From the NCBI RefSeq assembly GCF_009914755.1, contig NC_060931.1: a stretch of DNA of 64,000 nt, one strand, 5' to 3'. The position numbers and the translations under genes were made by a program. The stretch comes from the human T2T-CHM13v2.0 reference genome, Homo sapiens. This document shows positions 14,247 to 31,379 of the stretch, piece by piece (position 1 is the stretch's first letter; each line of letters opens with the position of its first letter). A model generated the notes under the pieces. It was not told the origin of the DNA and made no database searches. It saw only the letters and a list, made by a program, of their open reading frames with translations.

Positions 14247-14373
14247 TGGGAACATTTTTGTTGGAGAATGTCTTTATTCTCATCTTTGTATCCATGGTAG
14301 TTACAGCTGTTTACACTCAGGACACACACACACACTCAAGATACTGTCTCTCTGGCTTGTAAGGGACATCAAG

Positions 14374-14724
14374 TGATATGGTTTGGCTGTGCCCCAACCC
14401 AAATCTCATCTTGAATTGTGGCTCCCATAATTTCCACATGTCGTAGGAGGGACCCAGTGGAGATAATTGAATCATGGGGGCAGGATTTTCCATACTGTTC
14501 TCATGATAATGAATAACTCTCATGAGATCTGATGGTTTTACCAATGGGAGTTCCCCTGGACAAGCTCTCTTGCCTTCTGCCATGTAGGATGTGCCTTTGC
14601 TTCTCCTTTGCCTTCTGCCATAATTGTGAGGCTTCCCCAGTCATGTAGAACTGTGAGTCTATTAAACCTTTTTCCTTTATAAATTACCCAGTCTTTATAA
14701 GCAGCATGAGAACAGACTAATACA
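14374..14724 (+). mobile_element. THE1 solo LTR
   Basis: tgatatggtttggctgtg...agactaataca. Confidence 0.92.
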
Positions 14725-15244
14725 CCAGCGTAGCAAGTACTTGGCCCTGTCTAAGGGTTGGAGGATGACAACAGTGCAAGGGAAGCAGAGGTGGGGCCTT
14801 ACAGTGGAGCTCTGTGGGATTGTTGAGAATTTCCTGTTGGGCAATAACTACCCTTTCCCATCCCTAATGGAGCTGCCATGTTCATTTATGACATTATTCA
14901 TCCCTTTCCCCTCTCTCATGCTATGGCTTATTCATCTAGGGCTGAGCACTTCACCCAAACAAGTTTATCATTTCCTTCCCTGAAATACTTGAATGCATGA
15001 TACCTTTACCACCACAGTGGAACTATGGTACCACTTGACTGTAGTTCCTTAACAGTAATGAAAACTTTGATGTTTGGGGGGCTGCTGGCATGTATATTTT
15101 AACCATGTGTGGAAATCCAGGCATCTGGGAGCCTGGGGGAAGCAAAAATGCAGAGAAAAGCAAGGACAAGAGAGGGGAAGCCCAGTCTCTGGTTCTAGAG
15201 AATTTGGAGGTCCATTTCCATCCTGCCTATTTCAAGGCTGTTTC

Positions 15245-16299
15245 TGAAACTGCTTTTGCAAAAATTATGACAGTGAGAGAAATCTGACATAGCTGACTCC
15301 ATTTGCTTCTAATCCTCCAAGCTAACTGCCTTTGTTAGCTTTAAAACAAAGGGGATAACAGCCCCATCATGAAACTAACCCAATCCTTGCTGGGGGACTG
15401 AAACCACCTTTGTATGTCTAATGAAAGGCTGCAAGGTTAGGATAATGGGAGGGGCTGGAATTCTGCTAAAATGTAGGCATAGTTAACATAAAACCAGTCA
15501 TTATTCTTTAGCTTGATTTTCTATAAGCCCTGTATTGCTCAAGGCTTTATAATCAGAGACAGAAGACTTGTAACTTCCCTAATTGCTCCTGTACATAACA
15601 TCACTACTGTCAAAACCTAAGATTAGTCTTTTTTTTTTTTTGAGACAGAGTCTTGCTCTGTTGCCCAGTCTGGAGTGCAGTGGCACCATCTTGGCTCACT
15701 GCAACCTTCACTTTCTGGGCTGAAATGATTCTCCTGCCTCAGCCTCCCAAGTAGCTGGGACTACAGGCACATGCCACCATGCCTGGCTAATTTTTGTATT
15801 TTTAATAGAGCGAGGTTTCGCCATGTTGGCCAGACTGGCCTCCAACTCCCGGCCTCAAGTGATCTACCTGCCTTGGCCTCCAAAAATGTTGGGATTACAG
15901 GTGTGAGCCACTGCACTTGGCCCTTAGATTAGTCTTTGAGATGTTTTTCAGATTTTTGCATTCTGGAGACTGACTGACGTCACCTGGAACTGTGACTCAC
16001 ACCCAGGAACTGACTCCCACGAGAAACCCCCACCCAGAAATTGATGAGTGTGGGAAGACAGTTTTATTGGACTCCTATGATTTCATCTCCAGCCAATCAG
16101 CAGTTTCCGTTCCCTAGACCCTTGCTTACCAAATTATCCTTAAAAACCCTAGCCACTGAGCTTTCAGGGAGGCAGATTTGAGAAACATCTCCTATCACTC
16201 TGCTCGGCTGCCTTGCAGAAATTAAACTCTTTCTTTACTGTTTTCGGTGCATTAGGTTTTCTGGACAGTGGGTAAGATGAATCCTGCAGGGCTATTACT
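15245..16299 (+). mobile_element. LTR8-family ERV1 solo LTR interrupted by an Alu
   Basis: Starts tgaaactgcttttgcaaaaattatgacagtgagagaaatctgacatagctgactcc; attaaactctttc near 3' end. Confidence 0.8.
15628..15923 (-). mobile_element. AluS inside LTR8
   Basis: TSD agattagtcttt. Confidence 0.92.
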
Positions 16300-16969
16300 G
16301 TTTGTACAACTGTTCCTTGGACACCATGGACCAATCAATTTCTTCCTTTGCCTACACCAGTTCACAATGAATTTCTCTCACTTGCAATCAAGTTCCCCTA
16401 AATAAGTTCTGAGTCTGCAGGTTGGACTTCTCTATCTCCTCAAGCTCTACCCAAAGGGAGCTGATAATGAAGGCATCTGAGTGACAAGGGCCCTTTAAGC
16501 TAAGCTTCAAGAGGATAAGTGGGTAATGTAGTGTTTTTGCTAGAAAGGCAGTGGCAACCCTGAAGCAGACTCTAAAGTTTTCACAGTAGCTCTCTGCTGT
16601 GTTGGAACTCTGCAGTTAACCTTTCCACTTCAGCCTGAAGCTATACCAAAAATTTCTGGATACCCACCTCCAACCCTTGAATGACAGACTCTACAAACTT
16701 TTCTTCGACCCACCTGTGACTCACAGGGAGACCTGCTGCCTAGACACACTCTTTTCAGGGAAGTGAACCTCATCTCCCTGAGACTTTTTGAAAATCTCAG
16801 GGAGATGAGATTGTTATTTTGGTTGGTCCAGAGGGACCATATAGAGTACGTGACCCAAATAACGTCTCTTCCAACCCCTCCCTCTCTACCTGAGAATATT
16901 TTTGCAAATCTCATTGCATGTGCAGAAAGACTAACTAGTTTTTCAATAAATTACCCCAAAGCACCAGAA

Positions 16970-17290
<321 letters not shown>

Positions 17291-18262
17291 AGAAAGAATA
17301 AGAGCACCAGAAAACTGTTCTCAGCAGAGGTGCTCAGATTGATTTACGGATGGATCTTGGAAGAGAACCTGCCATGTTAAATGTAGCTGGGCCTCCCTTA
17401 GAGATGTTCAATATTTAATGTATCCTGAACACCCTTCCGGTGCCACTAAATATTTAAACTTTACTACCAGATGAACAGGAAATGTCAGTGATGGACTGAA
17501 GAAAACATTCCAAAAACTATTTCCTTTTGTCACCGGGTTTGCTAAGCCTAGTTAGCCTCAGACTCAGCCTCGAAGAGGACAGAAGTAGCACTTTTAAAGG
17601 TAAACTTTTTACTGGATACAGTTAATCTATCAGAGTTATGCTTGCCACTTAATTTGTGAGTGCAAATTATTTCAAGACAGTGTAGCTTTTACATAAACTC
17701 TCCTATTAAAAGCACTGGCTATTCTGCAAAGTGGCAAATTCCCTCCTGGCTTAGCAAAGGATGATAATGAGTTATTGGTAATATTACCACAAGCTCTTAT
17801 TTGCCAAAGTAAAATGAAGTCAACATGTGGATAAAATAAAACTTTAAAACGAAATATCGTTAAAACAAAATAGTTAATGAATTTAGACACATTGTCGAGC
17901 AGGTACGTTTGGTAACTGATTGGAATAGATGATTTTAATTAATCTCATTGAATCGAAAACCAATAATGAACATTGTACAGCACATCAGAAGTATATTCAT
18001 TTCCTCCTTCTGTTAATATTTGGACCATTTCCAGCATGAATCTCAAACCCTTTCTCATGGAGGTCAGACTCAGTGAGGGTGATTGGGTGTCAGATCACCC
18101 TTTGTTCTTGCAGATAGGGCAGCTAATCAGTCCTGAAACCCAGGAGTGCCCCACTTGATCTTCTTAAAATAAACTCTCCAGAGATGTATTGCAAAATCTG
18201 AGTGCTAACCTTGTTCTGCACCATGTTCAGCTTAGGGAGAGAAATTAAGAATCTCAGCTGTG

Positions 18263-18560
18263 GGCCAGGTGCAGTGGCTCACACCTGTAATCCCTGTACT
18301 TTGGGAGGCAGAGGCAGGCAGATCACTTGAGGCCAGGAGTTTGAGACCAGCCCAGCCAACATGGCAAAACTCTGTCTCTACTAAAAATACAAAAATTAGC
18401 TAGGTGTGGTGGCTCATGTCTGTAGTCCCAGCTTCTTGGGAGGCTGAGGCATGAGGATTGCTTGAACCCAGGAGGCAGAGGGCTGCAGTGAGCTGAGATC
18501 ACCACTGCACTCCAGCCTGGGAGACAGAGAGAGACTCTGTCTCAAAAAAAAAAAAAAAAG
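18263..18560 (+). mobile_element. AluS
   Basis: Full dimer plus A tail. Confidence 0.92.
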
Positions 18561-18749
18561 AATCCCCGTTGTGGACTGAAGCCAGGCAGGGCTTTCCATG
18601 GGGGACCTCAGATTTATGGTATTAGTGGCTGGGAAGCACCTGCTTCCATTCTTCCCATCAATCCTGATTTCAGATATACTGTGGATTCTTAATTATTTTA
18701 GTTCTATTAATTATTATTTATAATAATTCTGTCAGTATTATATATCACC

Positions 18750-19456
18750 TGTGATATATAACTGGCTAGGCCAATGTACTCAGGGACTTAGTCAACTCTA
18801 TCTGGGTTTTGCTGTGAAGGCTTTTGTTTGTTTGTTTTTTAAACATGAAGTTGACATTTAAATCAGTAGACCTTGAACAAAACAGATTAATCTGTATCAT
18901 GTGGGTGGGCCTCGTCCAATCAGTTGAAGGATATTAAAGCAGAGTATCACTCTATCAACCAAGCTGGAGAGCAGTGGTGCAGTCATAGTTCACTGCAGCC
19001 TTAAACTCCTGGGCTCAAGCAATCCTCCCACGTCAGCCTCCCAAGTAGCTGCGACTACAGGTGCATGCCACCATGCCTGACTGATTTTTTAATTTTTGTA
19101 GAGATGAAGTCTCACTATGTTCCCAGGCTGGTCTGGAACTCTTGGTCATTAGTGATCCTCCTGCCTTGGGCTTAACTTCAGGTAAAGACTGACTTCCCCT
19201 GAGGAAAAAGGGAATTCTGCCCATACACTGCTTTTGGACTCAGACTACAACATCAACTCTTCCCTGGGTCTCCAGCCTACCAGGTTACTCTGCAGATTTT
19301 GAACTGGCCTCTGTGATTGCATGACCCAGTTTCTTAAAGTCTTTCTCTCTCTGTCCTCCACCCCCAACATGTGTGTGTATGAATGAAATAAGAAGGAAAT
19401 AGAATGAAATGGAACCTTCTATTGATTCTGTTTCTCGGGAGACTTTGATTAATACA
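18750..19456 (+). mobile_element. MLT2-family (ERVL) solo LTR interrupted by an AluJ fragment (18942-19172, minus)
   Basis: aaatcagtagac...gtgggtgggcctcgtccaatcagttgaagg...tcttccctgggtctccagcc...ttctgtttctcgggag...taataca. Confidence 0.75.
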
Positions 19457-19588
19457 CTACTTAAGATTTTGGGGCCTCACTTGTCCTGACTGTCTCAGGA
19501 CAGGCCCATGAGGTTCCACCTCCTGAGGCCACCAGCCAGGAGAGTCTGAGACCATTTTCAGTTACAAGAAAAATGACAGTAGTACCTG

Positions 19589-19818
19589 GGTCAATGGCTT
19601 CCTTAGTCAATAGGTCAATGGCTTCCTTAGTCACCTTGAGAGTAATCCCTTCCATAGTCGTCTTGAGAGTAGTGCCTTCCATAGTCATCTTGAGAGCAGA
19701 GTAATCCCTTCTATTCCCAAGTCAGTAGGTCAATGGCTTCCATTGTCATCTTGACTATCCATGGAATTATAGTCAAGATGACTATTACTGACTTGGGAAC
19801 AGAAGGGATTACTCTCAA
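19589..19818. repeat. Mosaic of short direct repeats plus a hairpin-forming inverted repeat
   Basis: 21-mer repeated 3 times, 27-bp-period units, inverted arms 19698-19727/19786-19815 and 19745-19758/19769-19782. Confidence 0.9.
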
Positions 19819-20159
19819 ACCAACAATGGACACTATAGATTCTTCCCTTGAGTGTGACTGGGTCCCCTTAGGTCATATGTCTCCCCTGACCTTGCCAGGA
19901 GGATACCATGCAACTAAGTGGCTTAGACCGGAAATTGGAAAAGTATAGCCTGTGGGACAACATCCAACTCACCATCTGCTTTTTCATGGCCAATGAGCAA
20001 CAAATGGTTGTTATATTTTAAACAGTTGAAAAAAAAATGGAAAGGAGAATAGTATTTTATGACGTGAAATTATATCAAATTAATTTTCACTGCTCATAAA
20101 TAAATTTTATTGGAACACAATCACACCCATTGGCTTGTGTATCCTCTGTGGCTGCTTTC

Positions 20160-20467
20160 TTTTTCCATTCTTTTTTTTTTTTTTTTTTGAGATGGAGTCT
20201 TGCTGTGTCGCCCAAGCTGGAGTGCAGTGGCACGATCTCGGCTAACTAACCTCTGCCTCCTGGGTTCAAGCAATTTCCTGTCTCATCTTCCTGAGTAGCT
20301 GGGGCTACAGGCACCCGCAATCATGGCCAGCTAATTTTTGTATTTTTAGTCGAGATGGGGGTTCACCATATTGGCCAGGCTGGTCTTGAACTCCTGACCT
20401 CAGGTGATCCACCCACCTCGGCCTTCCAAAGTGTTGGGATTACAGGCATGAGCCACCGCACACAGCC
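20160..20467 (-). mobile_element. AluS
   Basis: TSD tgtggctgctttct. Confidence 0.92.
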
Positions 20468-20589
20468 ATGTGGCTGCTTTCTTGATACAACGGCAGAGTT
20501 GAATAGTTGCAACAGTGTCTTCATCGCTTTTTGGCTGTTATAACAGAATAACTGATACTGGATAATTTATAATGAACGTATATATATAT

Positions 20590-20790
20590 ATTTTCTTTTT
20601 TTAAGAGATGGAGTCTTGCTCTGTGACGTAGGCTGAAGTGCAAGACGTGATCATAGCTCATTGCAGCCTTGACAATGAGTTGCCCAGACTGTGTTGCCCA
20701 GACTGGTCTGGAAAATCCTGGCCTCAAATGATTCTCCTGCCTCAGCTTCCTGAGTCACTGGGATTATAGGAATGAGTTACTGCACCTAGC
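20590..20790 (-). mobile_element. AluJ-like, internally deleted
   Basis: Right-arm 3' part joined to left arm via a templated junction. Confidence 0.8.
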
Positions 20791-20921
20791 ATGAATAGAA
20801 ATTTAATGGCTCAGAGTTCCAGAGGCTGGGAAGTCCAGGATCAATGGGCTGGCATCTGGCAAGGAGGCTCTTCTTGCTACATCTTCCCATAGCAAAGGGG
20901 CAAAAAGAGTGAGAGAGAGCA

Positions 20922-21253
<332 letters not shown>

Positions 21254-21749
21254 TCAAGCCCTTTCATAATCAGCATTAATCCATTCATGAGAGTGGAACC
21301 TTCATAACTTAAACACCTCTCTAATGGCCGTACCTCCCATCACTGTTGCATTGGGGATTAACTTTTCAACACATGCTTTTTAGGGTACACATTCAAATCA
21401 TAGCAAACAGAGACCATATGGCTCACAAATCTAAAATATTTACTGTCTGCCCCTTTACAGAAAATGTTTGTCTATGCTTGGCTTTGATTTGTTGCTGTCC
21501 ATGTATACCTAGAATTGGAAATGAGGGCTGTGTGGATGAGGGGCAGATATTTTAACAAGATCAGGATTTTATTAGGAAGGAAGGGGGAATTAACACAGTA
21601 TAGGAAGTCAATCTGTTCACTACACATGAGGCTTCTCTGAGACTCAGTTTTCCCATCTACAGTTGTGAGGTATAGCAAAATATATATTATGGGAAATTGT
21701 TGAGAATTCAGGAGAAGGCATGTAGACATAACTGATTGACAGATTCATG

Positions 21750-22160
21750 AGATGGCTGGATGGCTGGCTGGATGGATGGATGAATGTGTGGATAGATGGA
21801 TGAATAAATGGATGGATGGATGGTTAGGTGAGTGGATGGATGGATGGATGGATGGATGGTTGGATGGATAGATGGGTGGATGGGTGGATGGGTGGATGGA
21901 TGGGTGGGTGGATGGCTGTCTGTCTGGCTGGATGGGTGGATGGATGGATGGGTGAATGGATGGATGGATGAATGGATGGATGGAGGGATGGTTGAATGGA
22001 TGGATGGATAAATGCATAAATGGATAGGTGGATGGATGGATGCATGAATGGATGGATGGATGGATGCAAGGATGGATGGATGGATGGATGTCTGGCTGGC
22101 TGTCTGGTTAGATGGGTGGGTGGATGGATGGATGGATAGACAGATGGATGGATAGGGAAT
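21750..22160. repeat. (GGAT)n degenerate tetranucleotide repeat
   Basis: ~410 bp of tgga/ggat/gggt units. Confidence 0.95.
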
Positions 22161-22609
22161 GGTTAGAGTGAGGCTGGGGAAGTAAACTGGCCCATATTAT
22201 GCCAAATAGTTCTGGCTTTATTCTGCAGCCATGGGGAGCTGCAGAGAATGCAGAGAATGACAAGGTGACATTTGAATTTGAAAGCGATAACATGGTATTT
22301 TATGGCTGGCTAGAGCAGAAAGGTCATCTGATTGAAGAGCAAAAGGAACAAAATGTCTCCTGAAAGAGAGCAGGAAAACAGACTGGGAAAATTATCCAGC
22401 TGCTCTGTCCTTAGTATTTTCTCCCTGAAAGGGAATAGCCCAGGAAAAACCAGCTCTAGGGGATGAGCTAGGGGATTACATCATTGAAACACATTCAGAA
22501 TAATCCTATTAAAATGGGCACTGATAACTGTGCGCCATGTGGTGGTCCTTGAGCTAGGATGATGATAAGGACAATACTACATGGGAGACCTCAGGAGAGA
22601 ACATAGAGA

Positions 22610-23384
<775 letters not shown>

Positions 23385-23625
23385 TAAAGAGAAGATGGAT
23401 AGGTAATTCAGCCTTTCAGATTGAAGCATGTTTTTGGTGATGGACAATTGGATGGTAGGAAACATGTGGTGTGCTTCCTCCATAGCTGCACCTGTTTGTA
23501 TTCTCGTTATAGGTCTATATCCTGCAAAAACAAGGATTCTGATATATTTCATTTAGCATGATTCCCATCAGAAAAGAAACATGAGTGTGGCACGTGTTTG
23601 CAATTCTCTGCGTTGTTTCCCTGAG

Positions 23626-23768
23626 TGAATTCCTAGAGCAAGAGGATTTACATTTTTGACTGCATCATTGAGAACTGAACTCTCAATTCTACATACTGTA
23701 GTGTGGAATGAATTCCTAGAACAAAAGGATTTACATTTTTGACTGTGCATTAGTGAGAACTGAACTCT
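23626..23768. repeat. Local tandem duplication (period 83 bp)
   Basis: tgaattcctaga.caa.aggatttacatttttgactg...gagaactgaactct at 23626 and 23709. Confidence 0.85.
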
Positions 23769-24902
23769 TGGCTTGCACTGTTATCTGTCTGATGTAAGAC
23801 GAACCTTGCATCCACGTATTTCACACCCGGTTTCTGTTCCATTGCCCACACACTTTCCATGCTGTGTCAGCCTCCAGGTGAGCTGACTGTGTGCAGTGGG
23901 GATATTCCTAAAAGTCAGGATGGTTAGAACAGGTGACCATAAACCATGTATACATATCCCATTGAACCTAAGCCAAATGTGTCTGTCTCCACTGCCCTTG
24001 GCTGGACACAGCTATTCAATAAGTTGTGTTTGGACAAATGACCATTCTTAAAGGAAAGATCATATAATTTCTCTACTGCACACAAGTACCCCAAATGAAA
24101 TCCACGTAGATTAAAGACCTATATGCAAAAAACAAAATCATAAAACTCTTAGAGCAAGACCTAGGAGAATTTCTTTATATCACTGGGGTAAGAGAGGATA
24201 TCTTAAATTTGATGGAAAAGAAACACATCACAAAAGGAGGCAATAAAACATTTGGCTTCATCAAAACTTTAAATGTCTGTGTGACAACAAATGACTCCAC
24301 AAAAATAACTACAGTTTTTGGAAGAGTCTCTTAAGTGTTTTACACATATTATCTCATTTAATCCTAATAACAATAAAATAAAGAGTATTATTATCTTCAC
24401 CTTAAAGACCAGGAAAATTAGGCCTAGAGAAATCAGATAATTTGCTAAAAGCCACGTGACTGATTTATAAGCAGCTGAGACCAGTTAAGAACTCAGGTAT
24501 TTTGTCTATCAATCTGCCTCTCATAACCAAATGTCTTATCCCATCTCACGTTCTTGACTTCTTGTCTCTAATAAGGTGATAAGACATGCCAAACTAAGAC
24601 ATTTTTGCAATTTATATAGCCTATGTCACCATCAAGGAATTAGTGTTCAGAATATATAAACAGCTGCAATATATCAATTGCAAAAAGGCAAACATCTCAG
24701 TAGAAAATAGGCAAGGAATAAAGACAGATCATTCACAAATGAGTGCACCAGAAATACCAAGACACACATGAAAAGATGCTCAATATCACTCATAACCGAG
24801 GAAATGGAAATTAAAACAACAAGGAGTTCTGTCTTACATGTGGTCCATGAGCCAAAGCTGGAAAGTCTAATACAGTGTTGGAAATGATATGGGGACAGGA
24901 AT

Positions 24903-25197
24903 TTTTTATTTTTTTTTCTGAGACGGAGTCTTGCTCTGTCACCCAGGCTGGAGTGCAGAGGCGCAATCTTGGCTCAAAGCAAGCTCCACCTCCTGGGTTC
25001 ACGCCATTCTCCTGCCTCAGCCTCCCGAGTAGCTGGGACTACAGGCACCTGCCACCATGCCGGCTAATTTTTTTGTATTTTTAGTAGAGACGGGGTTTCA
25101 CTGTGTTAGCTAGAATGGTCTCAATCTCCTGACCTCGTGATCTGCTCGTGGTCTCCCAAAGTGCTGGGATTACAGGCATGAGCCACTGTTCCTGGCC
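24903..25197 (-). mobile_element. AluY/Sc-like
   Basis: ttcacgccattctcc; TSD gggacaggaatt. Confidence 0.92.
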
Positions 25198-25237
25198 GGG
25201 GACAGGAATTCTTATGAGAGCATAAAGTGCTGCAATT

Positions 25238-25703
25238 ACAGTCATCCCTGGGTATATTCAGGGGATTAGTTTCAGGATCCCTGTATATTTGAAAATTTGC
25301 ACATGAGTCTTTGCGGTCACTGCTGCAGAACTAGCATATGTGAAAAGTCAATGAATTGCCTTAGTTAAAGGTTACAGTGAGCTATGATCACACCACTGCA
25401 CTCCAGCCTGGTCAACAGAATAAGAATTTGTCTCTTAAAAGAAAAAAGTCCACTCTCTATATACAAAGATTTACATTTTCCTTTTTTTTTTTTTTTAAAT
25501 TATTCGAGATGTTGCCCAGGCTGGCCTCAAACTCCCGGGCTCAAGCAGTCCTCCAGCCTCAGCCTCCCAAAGTGCTGGGATTACAGGAATGAGCCACTGC
25601 ACCCTGCTTCTGAATACTGTATTTTCAATCTGGGTTTGGTTGAAAAATATGCATGGATAAATGAACCCACACAGTTCAAGCCATATTGTTCAAGGATCAG
25701 CCA
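25238..25703 (-). mobile_element. MER8 (Tigger) split by an Alu 3' fragment (+, 25370-25447) and a FLAM (-, 25482-25608)
   Basis: tacagtcatccctgggtata...gaatactgtattttcaatctgggtttggttgaaaaa...ttgttcaaggatca. Confidence 0.7.
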
Positions 25704-26377
25704 TACTTCCAAGGGCAATTTGATAGAACCTAATGGAGTTGAAGATGTACATCTCTTGTGATGCGGCAATTTAAGCCCATGTGACTCTAACAGAAACTCT
25801 CACCCTTGTGCATAAGGAGGAAAATACAAAGTTTTCTCTAGCACACTGTTTTAATTACAAAACATGGATATGAAATCACTCTTGCTCACTAAGGAAATGA
25901 AAGAGCAAATGGTGGCTTATGCCTACAATGCTAGAGAGTGGTTAAAATGAGTGGACTGGTCAGGTATGAAACAGATGAAACAAAAAGTCATAAATTTGAA
26001 TTAAAAGAAATCAGACGCAAAAGGTTATGTCGAATTTAATATCCTCATTCTATAATTTTAAACCTCACAAAGGTAGTATATTTTAGATTCTTTTATTGTG
26101 AAAGGTACATTGTGAAAAGTACACCAAATACATATTTACATATAATTTAATTATTATAACATGAACCCCTATGCAACAAAACAGCCAGTGCCCCAGAAGC
26201 TCCTGTGTACTATTTTAAATTTGGTGTGGCCCCTCCCACCCTCCATTAGCTTGACTTTCTGTTTATATAACCCTAAATAACAAATTATTTTTCCTGGTCT
26301 CTAAGCTTCATTTAAATGCAATTCAACTACATCCTACCTTTTTAGCTTTGTTTTCCTTGCTTGAAATAGTTTTCCAT

Positions 26378-26685
26378 GGGCTGGGGGTGGTGGCTCATGC
26401 CTATAATCCCATCACTTGGGAGGCCGAGGCGGGCGGATCACCTGAGGTCGGGAGTTCAAAACCAGCCTGGCCAACATGGTGAAACCCCATCTCTACTAAA
26501 AATGCAAAAATTAGCCGGGCATGGTGGCTCATGCCTGTAGTCCCAGCTACTCAGGAGGCTGAGGCAGGAGAATCGCTTGAACCTGGGAGACAGAGTTGCA
26601 ATGAACCGAGATCCTACCACTGCACTCCACCCTGGGCGACAGAGCTAGACTCCATCTCAAAAAAAAAAAAAAAAGAAAGAAAGAA
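26378..26685 (+). mobile_element. AluS
   Basis: Full dimer; TSD ~gaaatagt.ttccatg. Confidence 0.92.
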
Positions 26686-27029
26686 ATAGTCTTCCATGAT
26701 CATGTGTATACTGTAGTTTGCTCATTTTCATTGCTTTATAATATTCTCTTGCATGAATACATTCTAAGTAATTCATCCATTCTACCGTGATGGGTATTGG
26801 GGTTGCTTAGACAATGTACATGTATAGAAATTATGCTTCATGTGGAAGCTAAGATGTTAGCTCCTGCTCAGGCATGGAGGGGGATTTGGGACATGTTCAT
26901 GTCATGGCTTACTTCTTTAAGAACTGAACTGAACATGGCAAAATGTTAACACCTGTTTAAATTGTGTGATGGACACAGAGGTGCAGTTATATCATTTTTT
27001 GCACTTTGCTGCATGTTGAAATTATTTAT

Positions 27030-27429
<400 letters not shown>

Positions 27430-27919
27430 TAAAATAAAAAGAAACTGTAAAGTACTTGAAACACGAAGGCATTTTCTGCCATGTTCCTAGCTACTGAAAC
27501 AGATGCAAAATTCCATTGCTGATCCCAGGCAAGCAGAATTAATAGCTCTGATTTGGAACATACAGGGATTAGCGTTGCTGAAAAGCCTGGCTTTCCTGTC
27601 TTCTATATTAATTTAGCAAGCTGCACAAAGGAACCCCTACCTAGCATGGGCTGGCTCCCTGCTGCCCTGTCACATTCCCGATGGTATGATTACTCCTCAC
27701 TGAAATTCTCTCCTTAGCTGTGAGGGAACAGATGCGTCATGTCTTCAGAGATGCAGCTGGTTACACAAAACCTTTAGCACTTTCCATTTTATAAAGCATG
27801 TTAACATGTGTTAGTAACCAAAAATTGCTGAACAAAGTTACTTTTTTTATAGGTAAGGGGCTTCTCAATGGAGGGACACAAGTTACTTTAAATGCCTGCA
27901 TCATTTTTTTCTTTTACTA

Positions 27920-28850
<931 letters not shown>

Positions 28851-29067
28851 ATTTCCTGACTTCTTGATGTCATTTGATTCCAGTTCACAGTGGGGAGCAA
28901 ATGAAGTATGTACAAAATTGTTCTTTCAATGAAGAATTTGGTCAGGAACTGGATGATGAATGGAGAATTCTGAAGGCCAGAGGCTGACTTGATTTGCTTG
29001 TAATATTTGGATAAGGAAAAAGAGTAGCAGTGAGAAGGGAGCAGTGAAGGGAGCCATAATGGGTTGT

Positions 29068-29619
29068 TGTGATGGTTAATTTTATATGTCAACTTGACTG
29101 GGATAAGGGATGCCCAGATAACTGGTAAAACCTTATTTCTGGGTGTGTCTGTGAGGGTGTTTCTGGAGGAGATCAGCATTTGAATCAATAGGCTGCGTAA
29201 AGAAGGTCTGCCCTGACCAATGTGGCATCATCCAACTTGCTGAGGGCCCAAATAGGACAAAAAGGCAGAGGGAGAGTGATTTGCTCTCTTTCTTAAGCTG
29301 AGACATCCATCTTCTCCTGCCCTCGGACGTGGGAGCTCTTGGTCCTCAAGTCTTCAGTCTTATGCTAAATTATGCCACTGGCTTCATCGATTATCAAGAG
29401 ATCATGGGACCCTTTGTCTTCCATAAATGTATGAGCTGATTCCCATAATAAATTATTCCACCTCTTCCTCCTTTTTATTCTTCTTCTCCTCCTTCCTCCT
29501 CCTCTTCTTCTTCTTCTTCTTCTTCATCTTTCTTCTCTCTGACTCTCTTTCACACTCTCTCTCTCTCTATATATATGTATGTATCTATATGCTATATTTC
29601 TCTGAAGATGACTAATACA
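29068..29619 (+). mobile_element. MLT2D-like solo LTR
   Basis: tgtgatggttaattttatatgtcaacttgactgg...gactaataca; near-TSD gttgt/attgt. Confidence 0.85.
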
Positions 29620-29716
29620 ATTGTCTTGGGAGACAGAGAGCAAAACAAGTGTATTTGAAACAGTGTTGAGAAATACAGAAAACAAATCACATTACTGATT
29701 GCTGCTTATCATATTA

Positions 29717-30905
<1,189 letters not shown>

Positions 30906-31379
30906 CATTCACCCAGTTTCCCAAAAGTGTATAATTAAATGTGCGGAATACACTGTCATGCAGAAAAAAATGCCACCAGGAAGATGGTAGGTAACTCAGG
31001 AAGCAGTGAACATCCTGAAAAAAACAACACTACTGTAAAATAATTCTAAATCCCATTAAATGTGAGAGCCCGTCAAGAAATAGTGCACTCAATTACCTAA
31101 GAGTGAGTTTTAGAATGCTTTGTTTAATAAAAAAATAGGGCATTTTTTTGTTATGAAAGAAAAAGGAAAGAAAGAAAAAACGGAGGATTGAAGAATTACT
31201 TAAGCGTTTCTGCATTGTCCGTATAGAAGTTTTCCAATCCCAATTGGATGATAACTTTGGGTCCTATCTATGTTTTCCAGGCTTGTGATGACACCTTTAA
31301 AATATGACGAAAACAAAATAGATGCTAATTAACATGTAGAATTCTGTTTTATATTCTCAAAGAGTATTTTCTTCTTTAA

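Larger units (their letters stand above)
24030..26060 (+). mobile_element. Fragmented old L1 (L1M) ORF2/3' region with MIR, Alu and MER8 insertions
   Basis: gattaaagacctatatgcaaaa, catcaaaactttaaatgtctg, catgaaaagatgctcaatatcactcataa. Confidence 0.65.

Noticed and set aside
19461-19688. Repetitive peptide MEGTTLKTTMEGITLKVTKEAIDLLTKEAID
   Set aside because: It reflects the 27- and 24-bp DNA duplications of the patchwork, not coding selection.
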